A stretch of DNA of 64,000 nucleotides, taken from Spironucleus salmonicida (lineage: Eukaryota). A program made the position numbers and the translations under genes. Of the stretch, positions 26,640 through 39,338 are shown one piece after another. Each line of letters starts with the position of its first letter. Within the stretch, counting starts at the first letter, position 1. The DNA lies in NCBI RefSeq assembly GCF_000497125.1, contig NC_090599.1, positions 496,001 to 560,000 of the forward strand. Reading direction: 5' to 3'. A model generated the notes under the pieces. That model did no database searches. It worked only from the letters and a program-made list of their open reading frames with translations, and was not told the DNA's origin.

Positions 26640-27788
26640 ATGTACGCCCGTATGCTCCCGAAGGCTTTTCCAAGAGACACACCTAATGTAAAAATATCAT
26701 CATCTTAAGACCAAAAAACACTTATTCTTTCCACATAAACCCCACAGACTACATTTTCTCTTCCTCTTTTTCGCGCTTTCCCTCCAACTTTCACATCTGA
26801 CGACGTTTTCAACGAAATCGGAGCAGTTTAGAGCTTTTTAAGCGGTAAAACTTCTATTTTAGTTGTTTTGGGGTTCGAAAAGTCAGGAAAATCGTTTAAT
26901 TTCCTCGCGATTCTAACGCGATTTTTACAGATTCTGTCAAACTTTTCACTTACTTTTGGTGACAAATTCTATCAATTTGCAGAGGTTGTGACACCGAACG
27001 AAATAGATAACTTAATTGAACTAATAAGCAAAGAATTGCATGTTGGAATTACCGTAAAACTAACATATAATAATGCCGAGTTCTTTCTGATCAGAGGGAT
27101 GTCGTACAGTTAAAAAAATCTACAGTTCTATCAGGCCATTTCACACCCTAAAATTTACCTCAGAACGTCCAAATTGCTATAGAATTTGCCCATACAACAT
27201 GTGATTTTATAGGGTAAATATGCACCAGATTTCAACGTTTTGGTGTGTCTAGATTATGATGAAATGGCTAGTTTACGGGTCTTAGAGAAACCATGCTCAG
27301 TTTATCAATTTTTGAAATTTTTAAATGAAAATGTGACACCAAAATTTATAGTTAACGAATTCCAACCTGACAGAATTTATGCTCAGACTGCCACAATTTA
27401 GAAGGAAATGAGGCGGCGTATGGAGGGTTTTAGAGATGAAATGCTGAATGTATAAGCGGTTTTGGATTCTGAGCGAGTCAAGTTCAGGACAGAGATTTAG
27501 ACTCTGAATGGAAAATTGCAAGCTGAAATGATGAAAAATGAGGTATTGGGAGTCAGAAGTTATGCATTGGAGTAAGAAAATGAACTTTTGAGGGAGGAGG
27601 TAGAGCGACTATAGGAAGCTGGGGCGTTTGCTTTCTAAAAACTTCAGGATAATGGTTCGACGTAAGGTAGCTTGAGGTAAAAGGCCAGCTTGATGAAAAA
27701 GGCTGTAGATATCGATGATTTAGAGATGCGGGAGACTAATTTTGGAAAGACCAGAAAAATTCAATACAAAAAGGTTGAAGAATGGTGA
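26640..27788 (+). CDS. highly divergent kinesin-like P-loop protein with coiled-coil tail, 382 aa
   Basis: N-terminal YARMLP, FLSGKTSILVVLGFEKSGKS (kinesin P-loop context), LRTSKLL (cf. YRDSKLT), C-terminal coiled coil. Confidence 0.65.
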
Positions 27789-27798
27789 GACATAATTA

Positions 27799-29433
27799 TC
27801 ACTTGTATCTATTCATGACACGTTCGTAGGCTGATGAAACTATTTTTCCTAAAAAGGCCCCATGAGTTGCATCCACTTCTCTGGATTAAAAATCCTTGTC
27901 TTTAAATGATGGGTTTTTAGCCTCATTAACTGTCATTATATCTAAATACTTGTATATCTTAGTTTAGTATTCTTGATCATAAAGACCGGATCTCGTGATT
28001 TTTTCATTTTATGTTAAACAATCACAAACTTACACTGAGTATTTCTATATGCATTAAGTGATATCTATCTCTTTTTTCTTAGCTTAAATTGGATATTATG
28101 GAGACTTGATAAGTTTTGGAGATTAGCTCTATTTTAAAACATTTTTAACAACATTATTATCGTTAGAAATTTTTCTTCCAACTAATATTGCTTTTTATGG
28201 TGTAACTTTAGGTTTTTAAAGATTACTTTGAGGTTTTTAAACTAATAAAGATGAACCAGAATTTGGAGTCTTCGATTTTTACTCAGGGGTTCTTTTTAAA
28301 GGTTGGTCTACTTTTATTGGTAATTCTGGTTTTTTGGTAATTGCGATTTACTACTCCTTCTTTAGTTCTTCTTGAAAAACTTTATCTTCTACTTTTTGTA
28401 ATTTTTTGTAATATTCTTCAATAAATCCACAACCAACACATTTGAGCTCAATATATTCTCCATTTTAAAGATTAATTCTTAAATTAACTATACTTTATGT
28501 TTTAAAACTCTATATAAGTTAAAATAAAACTTGTGCTACAGGAACACTACCAGAACTTAATAAACTTATACCCTCAAATACATCACAATATAAAAATCTT
28601 TTATTCTCAGAATTTGTAGATTTTAATTATAAACTTGCAATTTAGCTTTAAACCGATGATCTTAATGGTGCTTAGTTTGCAGGTAATAAATTGAGAACCT
28701 ATAGCGAATCTTCAAACGGCTTTATTTGAGTTTCTAGTGAAAACTGTCGATTTTCTGGGTCATCAACTAGTTGCAACTGAATAGTTTTGTTTGAATTTTG
28801 AGATTAAAAAATACAAATAATTCCATTTTCTAAAAATTCCGTCGTACTATATTTTTTGGAAGCATCCAGTAAAGTTTTAATTAAATAAGGCTAATTAACA
28901 TTAAAATTTGGAGTTATTGATATCTAAAAATGACATTTTACTGTATTTATTAAATATGAGTTATAAGCTTCTTTAATAAACGGTACTTTACTTTCCAAAG
29001 CCTTAAATTCGGAACTTTAGAGAATATGGTCAAGTTTAGTAGCCTGTAACTGTAAATTAGGTAAAGATGCAAACAAATATAGTGATTTATATTCATCAAA
29101 AGTCAGTGATATTGGTGCTTAAACTCCAGAAAATACAGGTACTAAAGGTGATGTATTCAATGATTAAAAAGACTAAATAGCGATATCTAAAATCTTAATT
29201 CGAATATTTGTCGCACCCAATAGTGTATAAACTTCAATAGAAATTTAAACTGCTTATGGATCATAGTTAAATTAAAAAATTGGGAAGTATTTTGATTCTG
29301 TACTCACTGTACTCTTATAAAATGAATGTTAATAATCAAGTTGAAAATGGTTTAATATCTGCAAATTATCAAGGAGATTTGTATCTGGGACAAGAACTAT
29401 AAGATCTGAAATCTATACTTACTTGTTTTGCAT
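27799..29433 (-). CDS. C2-like domain protein, possibly nephrocystin-4-related, 544 aa
   Basis: Open frame checked base by base; FLYCDVFEGISLLSSGSVPVAQVL resembles NPHP4 LQ.DVWDGDSLLLIGS..V. Confidence 0.7.
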
Positions 29434-29499
29434 TTTTATTCTATAATTCTATAATTATTATAGCGGCTATATATTAATTTTTTTCCACTCCATTGGTAA

Positions 29500-30075
29500 A
29501 TGTCAAAATTAATCTTTTTTAAATTTATCACTGTAACATGTATTACACAGATATTCTTTACATTATTATCTAATTTTTATCTGTCTTCTCGTAAAAACTT
29601 TAAAAAAACTGTTTAAGAAATGAGAGAGTTAAATTCTAAGCTTGACCATTATAATTCTTAATTCGCCTTATCTCAAGAACAGATCTAGTAATTGCAATAT
29701 GTTTAGAAATAACTTGAGCAAGCTTCGATGACTTTATCTCGTGTTTAAATGACTACTCGTGTCCTGATGTTTATTGCTAGCTTCATTGTTGGTAAAGTTG
29801 TTAGTTCGCAGTTCAAATTTGAGATGACATTTAAAGCTCCATTTAGCCTATTCCCTCCTTTAAGCTTAGTTATGTAGAGAGGTGCAGATAGAGGTACCGA
29901 TGTATTAACTTTTTAGGGTATTTCATTTTTGGTTAATTAAAGTATCAGAAAAATAATTTCCCATTTTTTAGCAGTCAAACTTCCTAAAGCAAAAATGCCA
30001 GTTACTGGCTTATCTAAAAAATTAGCTGGTGACGATGCCAAATAACTGTAAGATATGATGTCTTGGTTTTTCTGA
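29500..30075 (+). CDS. TMCO1: TMCO1/EMC3 (Oxa1 superfamily) ER membrane protein, 191 aa
   Basis: N-terminal TM, coiled coil, second TM, KAPFSLFPPLSLVMQRG, then LVNQSIRKIISHFL matching TMCO1 layout. Confidence 0.72.
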
Positions 30076-30085
30076 AATAATGAAT

Positions 30086-31705
30086 TCACTCAATAATAAT
30101 CTAACTATCATTTTTATTATGATATGTTGATCTACCAGTTAATCTAACAATTTCTTTACAAATCCCTTTCAAATAAGAATCTACCTTTTATTATGTTAAT
30201 TGTTAAGGAAATTTTTCTAAATTTAAGTATTATTAAATTTTTGGATATTTAAACGAATTTAGGTAGCTTATACTTGCCGATGGCACGTTCTTATATTCTA
30301 AAATGATTTAGTTTATGAATCTATCCAATGGCGGTATCATATTGGTTTTTTAAAGGTTTATTTTAGGTTAAGTATTTTTCTACCATGTCTTAAGATCAAT
30401 TGAAAGACCAGATTTTAAATCAGCATCTACTACTTTATTTCTTACATCGTCTTTAGCATGCGAATTTACTGTCTATAGACTTAATGGTAAATCAATTGAG
30501 GCCATATCCTTATCGTATTTAATATGTTTTCTTTACTGTCTTTTCTTCTAAGTTTCTTTTTATTATATTAAATTTTCTGTTTCATCAATACTATCATCAA
30601 GTTTTGAATTCTCCGACTATACATCTGATTCTTCCCCTTCATATTCAAAAATAGGAGGAATAATTTCCTCTAGGTGTATATTCTATGCGTTTAAGTTTAG
30701 TTAATATTAGTCTTTAAAGAAAGAGGTTAAAGTTGCTACCATTTTCTTTATTCTAGTTCCTTCCTCCGCATAAGCATCTACTTATTAGATTTAAAGCGAG
30801 ATCACTTTGACACCAAATATATCTTTTTATTTAATTACTATTAAATATTAAGATTGGTTGATAATTAAAAAACTATTTATAAAGCTTTCGATAAAAGGTA
30901 AAGAAGATGGAAATAAATTAATCTGGGTTGGAATAGTATATGTATTAGCTGATTTTGTAGATTTTTCTTAAATATCTGTGATTAAGTTTTGTAGCAAGGT
31001 ACCAGCCAATTCTCCAATATGTTTAAATTCAATATTTTAATATTAAAATAGGACAAAATAATTATATTGCTCTACATATCTTTATATGACACAGTTAGTG
31101 TGTTTATCATAAATTTTGTTTAGGCTTTAACTTATTTACGGTAAATTTCCAAAAACTTCTGTACAAATATCCCAAGTAAGAATCCGAGAATCAAAATGTA
31201 AGGCAATAAATTAATCTTCTTTTTAGCTTAATAATCCCATTAATATTCCAGAAAGTTACTATGCGTTAATCCCTTTGAGGCAGCCTATTTCGCTTGCAAT
31301 TCGTGCACCTAAGAAGAAAACAGAATTGAAATTTTCAATGAAAGTTACTAATATTTCTTGAATATAGTGATCTTCTGAAATGATAATTGAGTCTATACCA
31401 ATTAACGCCCCATTCGTATACATTTTCACAAAAGCTAGAAGCAAAATCTGATAATCTGATATAACTTTAGCACGTATCGGCTGATAGCATAATATTTTAA
31501 ATTATGTATTGTGCCCTGGTTATTTTTATTTAAATTTATCTGAAAATCTTAGTAACGCAATTGCCTTTGCAATTAAATCAATGAGGTCACTGATTGATAA
31601 ATTACTAAGTTAAGGATAAATTTCTATTTACTCGTTAGTAATTATATCGGTAGGTTCAAAATTTTGATCCAAATCATCATCAAAAAATGAATCGGTTGCA
31701 CCCAT
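30086..31705 (-). CDS. hypothetical protein, 539 aa; tandem paralogue of 31931..33499
   Basis: Code-6 ORF; shared blocks AKAIALLRF, VKMYTNGALI, HFDSRILTW, RYVEQYNYFVLF. Confidence 0.85.
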
Positions 31706-31930
31706 TCTTAATTTTTATTGATAGTATATTGTTTTTATTATATTATAATATACTTAAATATTTATTAAAGATTAATATTTACTTCTCTAGATTAGAATTT
31801 AATAAATACTGCGAAAGTGTATATAAAACATAATAATGCGCGCAAGTTCTATTTTAGTAATAATTGAACTTTTAAAAATTAATTTATTTTAAAGACTGAA
31901 AATTAAAAATTATTAGTCATTAAAATATAT

Positions 31931-33499
31931 TCATCCTCCAATAATTAATACACCTCTTGATTCATCGCAATAACAGTTCCTCTGAGTTAGCTTAATAACT
32001 TAGTTGCATACAGCATTTAAATTGGTTAAAACTTAACTCGAATTAATCTTAGGATTAATATTAAGGTTAACAAATTTTTAAATTTTTGGATATTTTTATG
32101 CATCTAAAAAACAAATTTCAGCATCTTAATTATCAATAAGTGATGATAGAATTCCTTATAAAAACTCATCTAATTCCGGTATAAGAACTGCAACATTATC
32201 CATTTTTTATTATATCTTGGGTTAAATTTAGATGTTAGGAAGTTTATCTAGTTAAATTTTAAAATTTTCTTTCTCATTAGGCAAAATATTTAGTAACTAC
32301 TCTGATATAGTCTATTTTTTAGCAGTCTGTAAATTAATAGGAACATCCAATGAAGTCATTGACATATCGTACTTAAACTTTGCAATCTTCTTTGGCTTTT
32401 CAACTACTGGTATATCAAAATTATCAAGATCGTCTGATTTTTCGACATTTTAATGTTAATAATCAAATGTTGGAGGTGCAATTTCGTTGATATTAATTTT
32501 TTACGCAACATTTCTTAATTTATTTTAATCTTAGAAAAATTAAATTAACTAATCTACGTACTTAATAGCTTTATGCCCATCTACTGAATCTATTTCAAAC
32601 TTAATTAAATTCAATTTCATAATTCTCATATCATTAACTTCAGTTTCTTGTAGTTTAATTACATATGATTTATTTTATTTGATAAGTGAATCATTACAAA
32701 ATGCTTCTAAAAACTAAAGAGATGAAGGAAGTATTTAAAATTCAACTGGAACATCAATAATATACTAGGCAGAATTTTCGCAATTATCTAAAATAAAATT
32801 AACTATTTCTAAAACGTTTCCCTCTACTAGATCTAATAAAGTAAAAAATTCCTAAACTTTGTATACAAAAAGTACAAAGTAATTGTATTAGGTAACATAC
32901 CTTGAACATATTATGTTATACTCCTCCCCAAGTTCAAGAGCAATGTTTGGAAGTAATTTAAAAAATTCAAAAACTTATTCCCAGCTGAGAACTCTAGTAT
33001 CGAAATGAAAAGGTATAAAACATTGCCCTTATTTATTTTTAACTAGCCCAACTACAACTCCAAGTAATCCATCTTTTCCAACTTCTTCAGCAATTTTTGC
33101 CCCAAAATAGTAAAATTAATTAAAATTTTCATAAAAGTCAAAATCTACATAATCAGCTTGGTTTTATCCATACATTAAAACTTTTCGCTAACAACTCCGC
33201 AATGCTATAAGAGCCCCATTTGTGTACATTTTTACAAGCGCCAAAATTGCATCATTATATCTAATAATTATATCTCCTGAAAAGGGATGGACACAAATCA
33301 CGGTGATTTTTGTTGATTTTCCAGGTTATATTTTTTTGAAATTAGGGTCGAAACGTAGGAGAGAAATTGACTTTGCTAATAAGTCTAGAAGATTTTGAAG
33401 AGAAAATTATAGATAATCCGCATTTAAATAAATAGTATTGTTTTTAATCATCTCTGACGGATCTGGATTAGGTATTGTGAACTATGGTGCAATTCCCAT
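31931..33499 (-). CDS. hypothetical protein, 522 aa; tandem paralogue of 30086..31705
   Basis: Code-6 ORF; shared blocks AKSISLLRF, VKMYTNGALI, HFDTRVLSW, RYVTQYNYFVLF. Confidence 0.85.
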
Positions 33500-33829
33500 T
33501 TATTCTGGTATATAATATTATATCTGAAGTTATATTAAGTATCTTCTTTTCTATTTATATATGATATATAATAAAAAGTATTTATTAGTGGATTTTAGAA
33601 TACTAGAGACTAATAATGTTGAACATAAAATTTATATATAGGACGTATTATTATGCACATTAAATTCTAATAAATGAATGATATAAAATTAAGAAGCTGT
33701 ATAAATTTTCTTTATCAGATAAAAAGTAAAAATAGTCTAACAATATAAACTAGTTCTTCAATATAAAATTTATATTTTACATAATTCGGTATTATATATT
33801 ATATTTTTTCAGTTAATACTATATTGAAA

Positions 33830-34708
33830 ATGTAATAATTGCCATAAAATTCTCTTAATTAATTGAGAGATTAATTACACCTATCATAATTATAAAATTC
33901 TAAGTTAGTAGCAGAAAATAAATCTTTACGATTTGATTCACATTTAAACAATTCGCTCTTATAAACAAATATGACCAAAAGTTATATCCCTGAAGATAAG
34001 AAATTATTTAATAAATTATTTAAAGGAGTATATAGCGTTATTGGTGATTTATAAGTGTGTAAATTAAGCTAACAAGATTTTTAATAATTGAAATAGATTT
34101 AGTGTGAACTATAAAACACAATGAAAAATGAAGATTTTTCGGCATTGGTTGAAGTTAATACTTAACTATTATAATTACAGACTTAGTTTTTGAAGAAATA
34201 ACAAATATAGCCTATGCCATAAATTAATGAAGTATAATAAAAAGAGTATTAAAAATTTAAATAATTTGTTGAATAAAATAAGCTTCAACCTTAAAATACC
34301 TACTCTGACAAACATTTAATGAAATAAGCATTATAGTCATTATCTAGTAATATTTAAACCCTTTATGATGCAAATAAATTTGATAGACCATAAATTAATT
34401 TTTCTGTAGGTTCTTCATTTGTGGTAAACGAGCTTTCTAAGCATTTATCAGATTTAATTTAGACTCTATAAAAAACCCATATGTCTAATAAATCATTATA
34501 AACAGTTGAAACCTAAGAAGATAAACAACTTAATTATCTTAAAGTTTAATCTCAATAGAAAGATATGTAAATCTAATTTTATCAAGATATGTTTGAAAGT
34601 TAAAAGCAAGACTTGGAATAAGTAGTATCCTACGTTAAAAATGCAGCGGAAAGTACACAGGAGAACAGTTCCATTCGATAGTCCAGTTAAATTCATTTAA
34701 TTTAGTGA
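33830..34708 (+). CDS. Q-rich coiled-coil hypothetical protein, 292 aa
   Basis: Open code-6 frame, ends TAG-TGA; alternative ATG at 33971. Confidence 0.7.
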
Positions 34709-34768
34709 CTAATTTTGCTTTAAATATACATTCTATACTTATAATTACAATATATAATAATAAAAAGC

Positions 34769-36160
34769 TCAGCACTGTAAAACGCATCTAATACACCAAG
34801 CACTCAAAAAGAAGACAAAAATACCACAGAATACTATTTTAACTCTATTTTCTAACATCTTTTGCTCGATTTACCATTTAACACCTACATCAGAGTTGGC
34901 AATATTTTCATCAACAAATGATGCGGTTGTACATTTTCCATTTCTGTTCTAAAAATCAAAATCGTATTACTAATATAAATTCTCATCAAATGCAAGCGGA
35001 AATTATGATACAAATTAAACTTCAGATGAAGTTGAAGGTGGTAGAATACAAGTTTTTATATTTTAGAAAAATGCTTTAGGTGAAATTTTGGGAGCTGCAG
35101 AAATTGTGAATCCAAAGTCTTAGTATGTTTGTTATGTCAGTTGTGTATCATATTCAATGAAAATAGATCCTGTATCTTATCCAAATAAAAGGTGTCTAGG
35201 TGTCACAATGATAATAGTGTGATCCTATTTTTAAAGGATTTTTCTAGTTGCTACTTTTCCAATTCTGTCAAAGATTTTTATGTTACTGGCTTTTGGAATC
35301 GTAATTGTGATTTCAGAAATAACACGAAATTAGCCTTGTTTTAGCTTTGCAATATCCACACGACTTCTGCGAATACCTTTAGGTGAAGGATCTAAATTTT
35401 TGAAATAGAGTTTGTCTATAACATGAACAAGACCAACCTAGGATTCATCAAAGCCAATTCTAATAGGAAAACCAGATGGAATAACCGTACGAGTAGAGTT
35501 CACCTCTAGGGTGGGTAATACTGCATAAAATACCATATCAATGTGCTCTACCTCAAGAATTGGTTGATATTGAATAGGGCCAATAGTAATTATTGAACTC
35601 GAGTTCTCTCTAGGTGCAGAGTCAGTCTTGTAGGAAACAAGTTTACCAAGAGGATGTTTAATCTTTAAAATTTACGTAGAAACATCATACGGTACAGGTA
35701 GTGTTGTGGCAAATCTAACCTTCAGAGTTCTATCTTAATAAATACGATCTGATTCTCTAAAATCTGCTTACTAATCTGGTGAAAATAATGAAGAATATTT
35801 ATTTACAAATTAATCAATTTTAACAGTGTAAGTGAAAGTAAGAATAAAAGAAGTTGCTTCACCGAAGTCTTCACTAAATTTAATTCTATAGAAAAATACA
35901 GGTAATATAACGTCATTTCTAAGAATTCTTTCTGTAAACATTATTTTATCATTTATTTTAGCTTATACAAAGGATACTTTATCTAAAAGTTCATATGGTA
36001 CACCATAGTCAAAATAACCAGGATGATCATTTATTTTAACTTATACATACAGCTAAGAAAATTCAGTGTAAAACATTCCTTTTGATACATCAACGTTTCT
36101 AGTGACATTTTTAATATGGAAATACTCTGCTTCTTCGAAAAATAATGTAAGAAATAGCAT
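34769..36160 (-). CDS. RPN1: ribophorin I (OST subunit Ost1/RPN1)-like, 463 aa
   Basis: Short hydrophobic N-terminus, KNVTRNVDV, RSRVD, FDRIGKVAT...PRHLLFGQD..IFIEYD (cf. RDEIGNVST...PRFPLFGGW..Y..GYN), single C-terminal TM. Confidence 0.78.
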
Positions 36161-36225
36161 TATAGGGAAAGGTGATCGATTGAATAAATTAGTAATCTAT
36201 ATAATATTATAGTAACTCTTGCTAA

Positions 36226-36633
36226 ATGAATGTCGAGAGTTAAATGATCTTTCCAAGTAAATATGATAGAAGCAAGGACTTAGTAAAAATGCTATCTCCA
36301 TTTAAAGATGCATCATTTAGTATTTTTTAATCATAATGTATTTCTAAAAAAGATTTTAAATAAATATAAATATACTAGCTTAACAATTACATTACATAAA
36401 ATCCAAATATTAATTTATATGACTAAAGGGTTGTGTTTGATCCTAAATACTCAGTTTAATAGGATACTCACTAAAACTGTCCTTAAATAGAAAGATAAAA
36501 ACCGTTAGTAAAATATAAACTAGAATAACTTTCAATTGTTAAATCAGTTCCTAAATTACCTAATTCACCTCCTTAATTTTTATATGATAGAAAACTACGT
36601 AAATTAGTATAAAACAATAATTATAAAGATTGA
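36226..36633 (+). CDS. hypothetical protein, 135 aa
   Basis: ATG-TGA code-6 frame; stop abuts the convergent gene stop. Confidence 0.5.
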
Positions 36634-36634
36634 C

Positions 36635-37120
36635 TCACACATCAACTAATAATTTAATTATTTGTCCAAAATTTTTCATATCAGAATGGGTATGGTCTAA
36701 AAACTGATGAACCTAGACATCATTTAATAATTTTATTCCATACCTACAAAGCCTTACCTTTAAGAGTTTTATCTTATTTTCTTTTTTATAATTGTAAACA
36801 TTGATAATAGCTTTTACATCATCATTCATTTCGATATTATCACCACATAAGTCAATTAAAAATTATTCAAAGGATCCAGTAAAATTATAAATCTATTAAC
36901 CCGTAGATTATAATTTTTATACTAATAAATAGAATTCAAGAAAATAATTTTATGATTATTTAAAACCAAATAAAATATCAAAAAATTCATTTTATAAGTA
37001 AATGTTTTCAAGGCATATAAGAGGAATTTCTTATTTCATATTGCTGAGTACTAAAATTGGCTGAATAATATTTATTAATATAAGCCTAACTTGCTAAATG
37101 TCTATTTTAAAACTATTCAT
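36635..37120 (-). CDS. hypothetical protein, 161 aa
   Basis: ATG-TGA code-6 frame checked base by base. Confidence 0.55.
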
Positions 37121-37332
37121 AATTAATTAATTTCTTAATGTACCAAAAGGCTAACTAACACAAATAATGGTATATACATTATCCTAATAAGCTTATCTAA
37201 TAACTGGTAAGGTAAAAATATTAATAATTGGACTATTTTTTTGAGTGAATTTCAATTTGCTCATTTATGCTCAAGACATAACAAATAATATTTGTTTACT
37301 ATTTAGTGTATTATATTATATATTAATGAAAA

Positions 37333-37794
37333 TCAATCATAAAGCTCATTCAAAACTTTTTTAAACATCCCAAAACTCAAACCACCTTCTTCATCTTGTA
37401 AAGCATCATATATAAAATCTATTTCTTCTTCTAAAATTTCAAATCCTAGTTGAATTAAAATTTTTAGCATCTCTTCCTTGTCAATAGAGTATGAAAAATC
37501 ATCATCAGCTGCCATAAAAAGTAATTATTATAGTTCATTTACATCAGCTGTTTCGCAGATATAGAAAACTCGCGGAAATTCTTCTTTTTCAATAGTATCT
37601 ACTTCTTTGTTTAGAATAAACGAAATTGCCCTGAGAAGAATTGTTGACGTATAATTACACCCCTTCTTTTCTAATGCTGCCTATAACTCACTGACATTAA
37701 CAGTACCATCACAATCTACATCAGTTTCTACAAAAATCTCATAATACAGTTTTTCATCAGGTGGATCACGAGGAATAAGAGGTCGGTATGTCAT
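37333..37794 (-). CDS. EF-hand calcium-binding protein (calmodulin/centrin-like), 153 aa
   Basis: EF loops DVDCDGTVNVSE and DDDFSYSIDKEE; four-EF spacing. Confidence 0.88.
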
Positions 37795-37888
37795 TTTAGT
37801 CAAAAGTATTAATATAAATAAATAATATGGTAAGATAATGTGTTATCAAAATTATTTGCTATATTACTATTATATAAAATTATCATAA

Positions 37889-38329
37889 TCATTCTTTTAT
37901 AATAGTATCAACTAACCAGCCTATTACAGGATACGATTCTACTAAACATTTACAATCATCAGGGTTTCTAAGAGCCATATCTCTAAGACTCGCCATAAAG
38001 TCAGATTTTTCTTGTTCTGATAGTTCGGCGAAGATTTTTTATAATTAAGCCAGCTATGTTTTTTATTTTTCTTGGTTTTTAGATTCTAATACCTTTACCG
38101 TCAAATTAACGCTTACATTCTCATCTGAAAACCTACTATTATTTTCATAGTATGTCTTTGCAGATTCAGCTGCTTCAGCTGAAGTATAGTGGACATCAAT
38201 GAAAAATAACTCGTAAGATTAGAATAACCCTTTTACAGTACCAAAATCGCGCAATTTCTACTACAATGAATCTGTTATAGACTGAGTCTTCTAGTCCCAG
38301 CCTGAGATACGCAACGAGTTTGACTCCAT
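37889..38329 (-). CDS. RRM + hinge protein, CstF-64/Rna15-like, 146 aa
   Basis: RRM (LRISGW...LRDFGTV...FFIDVHYTSAEAAESA) followed by LSEQEKSDFMASLRDMALRNPDDCKCLVESYPVIGWLV, resembling the CSTF2 hinge. Confidence 0.7.
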
Positions 38330-38451
38330 TAATTAATAGTAAAGTAATATTATTATTATATAGGTATATATCTATTATTTTTCCCACCCCATTTTCATAA
38401 TATCTGTATTATTATATAATAAAAACTATAATACTCTGCCATTTCACCCAA

Positions 38452-39288
38452 ATGAGCAAAAAACCCAGATCCACCAAAATCTACCAATCGACCGAAAAAC
38501 CCACACAATCGTCAGAACAGCTTGTAGCAAACCTCTATATATAGCTGGAGCTCGCTGAGACGCAGTCCAAAACCTTCAAAAAAGCGAAGGAAACAGTTCA
38601 AACCCTCGCCCAAATCGGCGCTGCAGAGCAGGCGGTCCCGCACGACATCCTACCAGGCGAAACGGTGATGGATACGGACGATTTCGTCGTCAAAGTTGCG
38701 ATCCAATAGGACAAGCTGCAGATCGTGCTGAAGTTTTTGTGCTTGCAGCTCATGACGAGCCCAGACGAGGAGCTGATCTGTAGCCTTCTGCTACTCCTGA
38801 AGTGCTATACAGACGCATCCGAGACAATCGCGCAATTTGATCTTTCGAGCCTCATTTACGGCCTTGCGGAAACGCTCAAAATCGCAGTTTCGTGCCACAA
38901 CGAGAAGCTTCTGACCATTTCCAGCTACGTCATCTACAACGTTTTCCGCTACGTCGACATGCTGCCAATCGGAAAGGACGACGTTGTTTTCAAAGCACTG
39001 ATATAACAAAAATTATTTGAAACCCTGATATAATACAGTTTGGAAGGCTGCTTCAACCAGGACGCGCAGGTCACGATAATCGAAGCGCTAGCCGCGCTAA
39101 GCGATTGCGAATGTTTCATGGATTATGTGGGGGAGCTGCTCGAAGGCAACATAGCGAAGATTTTCATCAATTTCTACGATGCATTCATCGTTTAGCTGCT
39201 TGAGGAACCCGAAGAAAGGGGTAAAATGCTTTGCTACGACGATGTTTTGAGCTGGATCAGGTGTGAAAGGCCAGAAGTCGAAGAGTGA
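38452..39288 (+). CDS. ARM-like helical hypothetical protein, 278 aa
   Basis: Extends ORF-track 38725..39006; ends GAG-TGA. Confidence 0.8.
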
Positions 39289-39294
39289 GGATTA

Positions 39295-39338
39295 GGGTGG
39301 GTTGGGATGAATTTGGATGGCTAGATTTGGGTTTGGGG
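39295..39338 (+). other. G-run cluster, potential G-quadruplex
   Basis: GGG-T-GGG-TT-GGG-(22 nt)-GGG-TTT-GGGG just 3' of a stop codon. Confidence 0.4.

Noticed and set aside
30086-33499. Calpain-like assignment for the tandem pair (LAFVKMYTNG vs KAYAKLYG)
   Set aside because: Only one weak motif; no QG..GDCW, HAY or NPWG equivalents seen
37150-37170. CTAACTAACAC resembling a diplomonad intron branch site
   Set aside because: Intergenic, not followed by the expected nearby AG, and no matching donor upstream
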